The translations under genes were made by a program, and so were the position numbers. From an uncultured Oligoflexia bacterium (GTDB taxonomy: Bacteria; Bdellovibrionota; Bacteriovoracia; Bacteriovoracales; Bacteriovoracaceae): a stretch of DNA of 46,002 nt. Numbering within the stretch: the first letter of the stretch is position 1; the number at the start of each line of letters is the position of its first letter. This document shows, one piece after another, positions 1 to 6,951 of the stretch. The notes under the pieces are model-generated. The model saw only the letters and a program-made list of their open reading frames with translations, was not told the DNA's origin and did no database searches. The DNA lies in the NCBI GenBank assembly GCA_937898585.1, contig CALDHR010000269.1:1-46002 (forward strand), given 5' to 3'.

Positions 1-530
1 GTTAAAGCATCTACCGTTTGTGCGACAGTTGATGTTGAAAGAGCGATAAGGTTTCGAGCAGCTAGAGAAGAGCCCGATGCAACTCCGCGTCCTCCTACAG
101 CATTATTATCTCCCCCTGAAATAATTCCGGCCACTGCTGTTCCATGCGAGGCCGTTGCCCCTCCTGGATTTGTGCTAGCAAGCCCATTAGATAAATAATT
201 AATGCTATAAGTGCTGTTGGCGTTGGCAAAAAGTTCTTGATGATCAAGTTCAGCACCATCGTCCACAATCATGACAACAACGCCTGCCCCTTCATTACCG
301 GCACTCCAAACATCTTCAACATTTAAATCAATTCCGGCCGTTCCGCCCAATTGCCCACTATTTTTTAAATGCCATTGATAGGCATAAAGGGGATCGGCAC
401 CAACAGAAGCAACACTTGTCGTGGAGGTTGCACTGGCCGCCGCAGAGCTCTTAGAGTCAGAGCAACTACTGGCAAGTAAAGCTATACAAAAAAGAAATAA
501 AAGTTTTTTTGATGTTTTTGTTGTTTTCAT
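1..530 (-). CDS. Subtilisin-family (S8, kexin/furin-like) serine peptidase, N-terminal ~176 aa only; continues past the window start
   Basis: Absent from the ORF track because it runs off the edge. Own translation of the minus strand from ATG at 530-528: MKTTKTSKKLLFLFCIALLASSCSDSKSS...GADPLYAYQWHLKNSGQLGG...GAGVVVMIVDDGAELDHQEL...ASHGTAVAGIISG. The DPLYxxQWHL prelude, the catalytic-Asp block VDDG and the catalytic-His block HGTAVAG are S8 hallmarks. The N-terminus looks like a signal peptide with a lipobox-like ASSC. Confidence 0.8.
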   Translation of the reverse strand, partial: MKTTKTSKKLLFLFCIALLASSCSDSKSSAAASATSTTSVASVGADPLYAYQWHLKNSGQLGGTAGIDLNVEDVWSAGNEGAGVVVMIVDDGAELDHQELFANANSTYSINYLSNGLASTNPGGATASHGTAVAGIISGGDNNAVGGRGVASGSSLAARNLIALSTSTVAQTVDAL

Positions 531-533
531 TTT

Positions 534-1121
534 TTAGGCCGCCTTCTTTAACAACTTCTTTTCTTCTTCTTTAATGAGTTGTAAAAGTAAGCGCCTCACG
601 CGCACGCGCATCATCTCTTTGAGTTCACCATCGATACTTTCTTCCAGTGCTTCCATCACCATTTTGGCGGCCACTTGTTTCGCGGCATCGGAGAGATCCT
701 CTATTTCAGGAGTGGCCTCACGCGCACCTTCCACCATGATCCCTGCAATGACGTTATAAGCATCGGCCCAACAATTTTCTAATTCATCATTCCAATTCTC
801 GCCAAAGAGCGTGCGAAATGTTTTAAGAAGAGTATTTCCAACGGCATCATAATGAGCTTCCTCGGTGCCATAATCGAGATGGCGAGCGCCCATGCTTTTA
901 AGATAATTTGTGAGTTTTTCGCCATCTTCCAAATGATCCACAATAAAAACCAAAGATCCGAGAAGGGCCTTCTTCTGCTTTTCCATCGCCACACCCTCAA
1001 ACATGGGAATAACGGCGGGATAATCGGCAAAAAGAAACTCATAGAAAGTATCGGCCACTTGAGGAGCAATGGATTTGGCGACATCAAAAGAGGATCGAAT
1101 AAGAGGAATATTGAGTGACAC
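534..1121 (-). CDS. Single-domain bacterial haemoglobin (Vitreoscilla-Hb-like globin) with an extra ~55-aa charged helical C-terminal tail
   Basis: The first ~140 aa align by eye with VHb-type globins. Matching blocks: TFYEFLFADYPAVIPMF (B10 Tyr/CD1 Phe region), QKKALLGSL (distal Gln), MGARHLDYG..AHYDAVGNTLL (proximal His), WADAYNVIAGIMV. GTG start (1121-1119) with AGGAG 5 nt upstream. The stop lies 3 nt before the S8 protease ATG. Confidence 0.8.
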   Translation of the reverse strand: MSLNIPLIRSSFDVAKSIAPQVADTFYEFLFADYPAVIPMFEGVAMEKQKKALLGSLVFIVDHLEDGEKLTNYLKSMGARHLDYGTEEAHYDAVGNTLLKTFRTLFGENWNDELENCWADAYNVIAGIMVEGAREATPEIEDLSDAAKQVAAKMVMEALEESIDGELKEMMRVRVRRLLLQLIKEEEKKLLKKAA

Positions 1122-1163
1122 GGGAACTCCTTAATTTAAGGCTGTTTATTAGTTTCCCGTGTC
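1117..1163 (-). promoter_or_regulatory. 10-bp perfect RNA hairpin that pairs the globin GTG start codon, with the SD in the loop
   Basis: Plus-strand arms gacacgggaa (1117-1126) and ttcccgtgtc (1154-1163) are exact reverse complements, with a 27-nt loop. On the mRNA strand the 3' arm is TTCCCGUGUC, which contains the GUG start. The AAGGAG SD is the last part of the loop. Confidence 0.35.
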
Positions 1164-1201
1164 TTTTCGTCAGATAAAAAAAATACTTGAGTTAAATATT
1201 A

Positions 1202-1690
1202 TTAGTTGCCGTGTGGCGCTGAATTTCCCATTTTTGATTGAACATAATTTTGCATTCCAACTCGCTCAATAAGCTCAAGTTGAGTTTCAAGCCAATCAAT
1301 ATGCTCTTCTTCAGAAGCAAGAATGCGAAAGAAAAGATCGCGCGAAACAAAATCTTTTACTTTTTCAGCTTCAACGATGGCCTCACGAAGGGCGGCAATT
1401 TGAACTTTCTCTAGTTCTTGATCTGCTTCGAGAATTTCTTTTACATCTTCACCAATGCGAATTTTGTGCAGTTTTTGAAGATTAGGAAGTCCTTCAAGAA
1501 AAAGAATTCTTTTTGTGATTTCATCAGCATGTTTCATTTCATCAATAGACGAGTGATATTCATAATCGCCAAGTTCGTTAATTCCCCAGTTTTGCAACAT
1601 GCGTGCATGAAGAAAAAACTGATTAATGGCCGTTAGTTCATTAGTCAGAATTTCGTTAAGCAATTCAATAATGCGTGTGTTTCCTTTCAT
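1202..1690 (-). CDS. bfr: Bacterioferritin
   Basis: [31 protein letters not shown]... with ferroxidase-centre blocks DEMKHAD and EEEHIDWLE, and the haem-ligand Met in DEMKH. 162 aa. AAGGAG RBS upstream of the ATG. Confidence 0.93.
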   Translation of the reverse strand: MKGNTRIIELLNEILTNELTAINQFFLHARMLQNWGINELGDYEYHSSIDEMKHADEITKRILFLEGLPNLQKLHKIRIGEDVKEILEADQELEKVQIAALREAIVEAEKVKDFVSRDLFFRILASEEEHIDWLETQLELIERVGMQNYVQSKMGNSAPHGN

Positions 1691-1698
1691 CTTTTGTT

Positions 1699-1767
1699 CT
1701 CCTTATAAATTGGTCTTTAAAATTTATTGATTTAGATTTTTCACCAAGCAAAAGACCACTATAAGAG
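1699..1767 (-). promoter_or_regulatory. Imperfect long hairpin in the bfd-bfr spacer whose 3' arm includes the bfr SD
   Basis: Inner 8-bp stem tggtcttt (1711-1718) / aaagacca (1751-1758). Outer stem cttata (1702-1707) / tataag (1760-1765), extendable with one bulge to ctcc/gag. On the mRNA the 3' arm reads AAAGACCAAUUUAUAAGGAG, which is the bfr RBS. Confidence 0.3.
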
Positions 1768-1817
1768 AAAAAAGGAAATGATGCTATAAGTTGAAACTGG
1801 TAATTTAAATTTGGGAA

Positions 1818-2033
1818 TTAAAACTCTGCGCTGCCTGCCACAACAATTTTTTCAATGGGAGAAGTCTTCTCTTTTTTGCGCCGAATAAGTTCAAGAGAAC
1901 TCATCAAACATTCGCCGCAATCTTTTCCAATACCTAGTCGATCACAAAGTTCTTTGGCCTCAATATCTGGCCGAAATGTCAAAGCGTCTTCGAGATGCTT
2001 TTCGTTGATGGTTTTGCAAATACAGACAAACAT
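1818..2033 (-). CDS. bfd: Bacterioferritin-associated ferredoxin (BFD-like [2Fe-2S] domain)
   Basis: MFVCICKTINEKHL...GIGKDCGECL carries the CxC...CxxC BFD motif. I chose the internal ATG at 2033 because GGGGAAG lies just upstream. The track start at 2063 adds 10 aa with no RBS. Confidence 0.8.
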   Translation of the reverse strand: MFVCICKTINEKHLEDALTFRPDIEAKELCDRLGIGKDCGECLMSSLELIRRKKEKTSPIEKIVVAGSAEF

Positions 2034-2194
2034 TTGTCTTCCCCTTGCTTGGTTTGATCTCAATTGTCCTTCATGCTTCGGTATTTAGTTTGCATACCTT
2101 AACAAAAGTTCACACTGTATAATCTACTCAATTTTTTCTGTTTAACCAAGGGGAAAATTAAGCTTTTTTTGCATCTTCCGATAACGAAGATACT

Positions 2195-4399
2195 ATGAAA
2201 AAAACAACTTTTATCCTCTACTCCTTCATCTTCCTCTCGGCCTCTTTCATCTCGACGGCCCGCACCGAATCAAAAGGCTTTTTTCCTTTTTCAAGGCAGA
2301 AACAGAGCTTTTTTGAAAAAACCAATATTATCGCTCCGGCCAAGCAACAAGGAGTTGTTCGAAGATTTATAGGCAAAGGGATGCGTCGGGCCAAAAGAGT
2401 TGTAGGTCTTGCCACAAGATCTTCGGCCACCATTGAATCAAAACCTACCTGTAACTTTAAGGATATAGGGGAACAAACAGTTCAAAAAACCACTTTTACC
2501 CAACAAAGAGTTAAGGGACAAAAATCTTCCAACGTCCAACTCACTATCACTCTGCAAAATGGTCAAAACGTAGAAGTCTCTCTTCCTAAACCCGAAGTTC
2601 GCGCCATGGCAAGCGCTTGTAAAACGAGCGGAAAGCTCGATGAAAAATGCCTCGCCGATAGAATGCTAGAAAAAGGCAAAAAACTCGATGGATCTCTTGT
2701 AGGAACAGCAACTGACACCGTTAATAGTGCAGCCGAAAAAGTTATCGATACGCTCTTTAGGCAAAATAAAGAAGATCCTAGTAAGAAAAAAATTGTGCTT
2801 CATATGGCCCTTGACCCCCAAGGTGCCGTTGCCGCCAAAGTTCAAAAAGAAGTGGAAGCTCAACTGGCCAAAAAAATTAAAGAAGAGCAGCAAAGTGCCA
2901 CTGAAAAATTAGCAAATCTTGCCAACGATAAACTTGAAAGTGGATTTGATATGCTTGATAAGTTTATTCCTCCCATGAGTGGATGCGGAGGCGATGATAA
3001 CAATTCACCTCTTAAAAAAGCAAAAGAAAAGCTCTCCAAACAATTAGATAAATTTCATGAAAAAAAATTAAATCTCTTCAGTACAATCCTCTCTAAACTC
3101 CCTGATGCTGCCTTAAAGTCCATTTTTTCAGGAGGATCAAGTTTTACAGGACTCGCCAAAGGTGAGCTCGATAAACTCAACCTTACAGGCGACAAAGCAA
3201 AACGCCTCAATAAGATGATGAACTTTCTCTGGCAAATAGTGGAAAGTCACAAACAAAAAATAAGCGCAGCAGAAGATAAAAAAAGCGCTCTTAAAGAGAT
3301 AATGAAAGAAAATAAAAGCATTTTTAGCTCCATGCTCCCTCAAGAAGAAATGAACAAAGTAAGAAGTTATCTTGAAAAAGCTGGCCCCCTTCATATTGAA
3401 AGTGCTATTCGACAAAAATTAGGCTGTTTGAATTTTAAAATTAGAAATACCGTCACACGAACAAAATGCCTTCAACAAGATGTTGCAGACTCTGCTCCCA
3501 TTGAAGATGCTACTTTAAATTTCCAAAAAGACTCCAACACAGCTATTGGCGATTTAAGCTGTAACCTTACCGCAGAGACGCCCGACTCAGGTCAGCTTAA
3601 AGGAATTGAAGATCTTTTAGGAATGATGCAAGTTAAAGCAGGAGAAACACAAAACAAACTTCCAACAGAAGCTGGAAAACCTTATTTTTATAAGGGAAAA
3701 AATATCACTAGTCTTGGCATGAAAGATGGGATGGCCCTTTTTAAACAGGCCGATGGAAAATTTTTGGCCATGTCCATTGATCACTTTCACCAACATACTC
3801 TTCCCGCCACCGATGATACAAAGTCTTCTCAGTTCAATGATGATGACACTGATTTCCCTTCAAAGTTAGAAGCAGGTCACAGCATCTCCTTCAACGGAAA
3901 AACAAAGAAAATCCTTAGAGTCACAGATGACGGAAAAGTTCTTCTACCTAGCAAAAAAGAAGAGAGAAAAACGGCCGTTCCCATCTCTAGCTTATTAGAA
4001 CGAGGCAACGGCGTTGTCGCCTTTGATATGAACAAGCAAGAAGCTCTTACCGCCAAAGAGGCCCAAAGAGTTCAAGTGGCCGAAGTCAAAACAAAAGAAA
4101 AAGAAATTGAAGTTGGCAGTGTTATTTCAGGCGTCTCTGGTGGGAAAGGATCTCCAGGCGAAACCTCTTCTTGGATTATTCTAGAAATATCAGATGAAGG
4201 GTATTATGCCGTCAAAGCTGAAGAAGGAAAAAAAGGAAAGAAAATCTACCGCTTCTTCAAAACAGAGCACATGCAAAAAGACAAAAGATCCATCACCATT
4301 AAAGACATAAAGAGCACACAAGGAAAACCGGCAAACTGGGAAGACATAAAATCAAAATTGAAAAAGAGTAAAAAGAATTGGCCAAGACTTGAACAATAA
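2195..4399 (+). CDS. Large Lys-rich secreted protein of unknown function (734 aa)
   Basis: N-terminal signal peptide MKKTTFILYSFIFLSASFISTA. Long helical Lys/Glu-rich middle. Three similar small modules near the C-terminus (see findings). No family motif recognised. Confidence 0.7.
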   Translation: MKKTTFILYSFIFLSASFISTARTESKGFFPFSRQKQSFFEKTNIIAPAKQQGVVRRFIGKGMRRAKRVVGLATRSSATIESKPTCNFKDIGEQTVQKTTFTQQRVKGQKSSNVQLTITLQNGQNVEVSLPKPEVRAMASACKTSGKLDEKCLADRMLEKGKKLDGSLVGTATDTVNSAAEKVIDTLFRQNKEDPSKKKIVLHMALDPQGAVAAKVQKEVEAQLAKKIKEEQQSATEKLANLANDKLESGFDMLDKFIPPMSGCGGDDNNSPLKKAKEKLSKQLDKFHEKKLNLFSTILSKLPDAALKSIFSGGSSFTGLAKGELDKLNLTGDKAKRLNKMMNFLWQIVESHKQKISAAEDKKSALKEIMKENKSIFSSMLPQEEMNKVRSYLEKAGPLHIESAIRQKLGCLNFKIRNTVTRTKCLQQDVADSAPIEDATLNFQKDSNTAIGDLSCNLTAETPDSGQLKGIEDLLGMMQVKAGETQNKLPTEAGKPYFYKGKNITSLGMKDGMALFKQADGKFLAMSIDHFHQHTLPATDDTKSSQFNDDDTDFPSKLEAGHSISFNGKTKKILRVTDDGKVLLPSKKEERKTAVPISSLLERGNGVVAFDMNKQEALTAKEAQRVQVAEVKTKEKEIEVGSVISGVSGGKGSPGETSSWIILEISDEGYYAVKAEEGKKGKKIYRFFKTEHMQKDKRSITIKDIKSTQGKPANWEDIKSKLKKSKKNWPRLEQ

Positions 4400-4427
4400 T
4401 CTCAAATAGTGCTAATGAACCAGCACT

Positions 4428-6017
4428 ATGAAAACAAAAAAAACATCAACAAATAACTCATCTTTAGATGAGCATTCTTACGACTATATCGTCATAGGTT
4501 CCGGCTTTGGCGGCTCTGTCAGTGCTATGCGCCTCTCTGAAAAAGGATACCGCGTCCTCGTTTTAGAGGCCGGCAAACGCTACAACAATAAAGATTTTCC
4601 CAAAACAAACTGGAATATCCGCAAATATCTCTGGATCCCTCTTCTTCGCTGCTTTGGCATCTTTCGCCTCACCCTCATGAGACATGTCTTTATTCTCTCT
4701 GGGCGAGGTGTAGGCGGCGGCTCCCTCGTCTACGCCAACACTCTTCTCGTTCCTAAAGATGAAGTCTGGGAGGATCCACAATGGCGCGATTTACACAACT
4801 GGAAAGAAATCATGCCGCGCTTTTATCAAACAGCGCGCTATATGCTGGGGGCCACCACCAATAAATACCTGGGAAATGGCGATAAAATGTTGCGCGACAT
4901 TGCTCATGAATTTTCTCCTACGGCGAAAGAAAGCTTTTATCCCACAGAAGTAGGTGTTTATTTTGGCAAACCCGATGTCACTGTCCCCGATCCCTACTTT
5001 GACGGAAAAGGGCCAGCGCGAACGGGCTGCAATTTTTGCGGTGGCTGTATGGTAGGTTGCCCTAATGGGGCCAAAAACACACTAGATAAAAACTACCTTT
5101 ATTTTGCAGAACAAAATGGCGCCACCATCCTTCCTGAAATGACTGTCACCGCCGTCTACCCCACCGATGAAACCCAAAGCGAATATATTGTAGAGGCCGT
5201 TAAAACGACCCGCCTTCTTCCTTTCTTAAAAAAGAAAACAACATTTCACACCAAGGGTGTTGTCTTTTCCGGAGGAGTCCTTGGCACCGTCAAACTTCTC
5301 ATGGAGTGCAAAGAAAAAAATCACCTTCCTCATCTCTCAGACAAACTGGGTGATATTATTCGAACCAACTCGGAATCTATTATTGGTGTTCGCTTTAATG
5401 ATAAAGAAACTCCTTCCATGAATGATGGTGTGGCCATTGGTTCAGGAATCTATATTGATGATAAAACTCATATTGAGGCCGTCCGCTATCCCAAAGGATC
5501 TGGCTCTCTCTCTCTTCTTTGCATGCCCATCTCTGGTCAGCTCAAAAATATATTTTCAAAAATTGGCGGATATTTGTTTGGTGTCAACCCCATCAACTGG
5601 TCTTCACAAACACTGATTTTACTAGTGATGCAACCACTCAACAACCACCTTCAACTGGTAAAATCAAAGATGGGATTTCTCAATACGAAACTCCCAAAAG
5701 GAAGCGACATGCCTCCCGTCAATATTCCTCTGGCCAACAAGTTTGCTCGCCTGATGGCCAGTAAAAAAAAGGGATTGGCCATTACTACCTTCACTGAAAT
5801 CTTTTTTAAAATTCCCACCACGGCCCATATCCTCGGTGGCTGTATCATGGGAAAAAATAAAGAAGTCAGTGTCATTGATGAAAAAAATCAAATTCATGGT
5901 TACAAAAATCTCTATGTCTGTGATGGAAGTATGATTAGCGCTAATTTAGGAGTTAACCCATCCCTCACCATTACGGCCCTAACGGAAAATGCCATGAGCT
6001 ATATTCCCCCCAAATAA
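4428..6017 (+). CDS. GMC-family FAD-dependent oxidoreductase (cholesterol-oxidase/long-chain alcohol oxidase-like)
   Basis: N-terminal Rossmann motif DYIVIGSGFGGSVSAMRLSEKGYRVLVLEAG. C-terminal GMC signature GYKNLYVCDGSMISANLGVNPSLTITALTENA. 529 aa. Confidence 0.88.
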   Translation: MKTKKTSTNNSSLDEHSYDYIVIGSGFGGSVSAMRLSEKGYRVLVLEAGKRYNNKDFPKTNWNIRKYLWIPLLRCFGIFRLTLMRHVFILSGRGVGGGSLVYANTLLVPKDEVWEDPQWRDLHNWKEIMPRFYQTARYMLGATTNKYLGNGDKMLRDIAHEFSPTAKESFYPTEVGVYFGKPDVTVPDPYFDGKGPARTGCNFCGGCMVGCPNGAKNTLDKNYLYFAEQNGATILPEMTVTAVYPTDETQSEYIVEAVKTTRLLPFLKKKTTFHTKGVVFSGGVLGTVKLLMECKEKNHLPHLSDKLGDIIRTNSESIIGVRFNDKETPSMNDGVAIGSGIYIDDKTHIEAVRYPKGSGSLSLLCMPISGQLKNIFSKIGGYLFGVNPINWSSQTLILLVMQPLNNHLQLVKSKMGFLNTKLPKGSDMPPVNIPLANKFARLMASKKKGLAITTFTEIFFKIPTTAHILGGCIMGKNKEVSVIDEKNQIHGYKNLYVCDGSMISANLGVNPSLTITALTENAMSYIPPK

Positions 6018-6029
6018 AGGAGTTCTCCT

Positions 6030-6335
6030 ATGGACAGCTGGAAGAAAGGTCAAAACTTTGAACGAGAGTGTTCAAAAAATCTTATCTCTTTTGAAAAAGA
6101 AGAAATTCCCCTCCTTGTCTGTCCTCGTCTTTTGCGCAAAAGAAATCTCGGTCAAGTCGATTTAGCAAAAGTAAGAAGGCCCAGCAAAGATATCACTATC
6201 TATGAATTAAAAAGCGATGTTCATATGGTTAGCTTTAGGCAAAAAAGAAGACTCATGGAAAGCTGTCAATTTATCGGTACTATTTTTCAATCAAAAATCA
6301 ATCTAGAATTTATTGGACAGGAACAAAAAAATTAA
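6030..6335 (+). CDS. Small PD-(D/E)xK-type protein, YraN/UPF0102-like (tentative)
   Basis: Strong RBS (AAGGAG 7 nt before the ATG). GQNFERE...LGQVDLAKV...ITIYELKS follows the YraN pattern G..gE...GEiDli...fvEVK. The 3' end overlaps the convergent ORF by 26 nt. Confidence 0.5.
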   Translation: MDSWKKGQNFERECSKNLISFEKEEIPLLVCPRLLRKRNLGQVDLAKVRRPSKDITIYELKSDVHMVSFRQKRRLMESCQFIGTIFQSKINLEFIGQEQKN

Positions 6336-6951
6336 TCCCCGTCTCAACTTTTCCTCTATTCATGCGATGAATTTGATAACCATCAAAAAGGGCCACCACA
6401 GATGCCTCTCCCGTCTCTTTATCAAAAGAAAAAAGAGGAGATCCTAAGTTCTCACTTTTCAAAAAAGGCATTTTCTTGGGACTATCTTTAATCCAGTAAG
6501 TTTGAATTTTCTGTTTAAAGAAACCGTTTAGAAGATAAACTCTTTGGACCTGATCTCCTACAAAGACAAAATAATCTTGGTCTTTATCAAAAGAAGCGAT
6601 TTTCACGGCCTTCATCTCTTTAAGATATTCTTCATCAAGAGTTAAAATGGCCACCATACTTTTTTCATTAAAATCAATTTTAAGATCTCTTACATCAATA
6701 GAAGTAATACTTCTTCCCTCTTCATCTTCAAGATAAATTTCAGCAAGAGAATCTAAGTTCAAAATTCTTTTATTAAAAGCAATCTTTCCTTCACCTAAAT
6801 AAACACCACTACTTTTCTCTACTGAGTGACCAAAGCAATCAAAGTTCTCCGCAATAACCCTAAGAATTCTTGGATGATCATGGTCCACCATCGCACCTTT
6901 TGCATTGAATCCTACGAACAAGAGCAAACACAGACGAAAAAAATATTTCAT
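6310..6951 (-). CDS. Secreted protein, possible catalytically dead trypsin-fold (pseudoprotease) domain
   Basis: Signal peptide MKYFFRLCLLLFVGFNAKGA. The ATG overlaps the upstream stop as TAATG. Blocks resemble Trypsin_2 motifs but the triad positions are substituted (see findings). The functional call is weak. Confidence 0.55.
   Translation of the reverse strand: MKYFFRLCLLLFVGFNAKGAMVDHDHPRILRVIAENFDCFGHSVEKSSGVYLGEGKIAFNKRILNLDSLAEIYLEDEEGRSITSIDVRDLKIDFNEKSMVAILTLDEEYLKEMKAVKIASFDKDQDYFVFVGDQVQRVYLLNGFFKQKIQTYWIKDSPKKMPFLKSENLGSPLFSFDKETGEASVVALFDGYQIHRMNRGKVETGINFFVPVQ

Noticed and set aside
2064-2194. Looked for a Fur box and clear divergent promoters between bfd and the 734-aa gene
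   Set aside because: No convincing GATAAT-type hexamer array. A TATAAT at 2117-2122 has no -35 at proper spacing (22 nt from TTGCAT). A 6-bp hairpin at 2173-2191 is too short to mean much.
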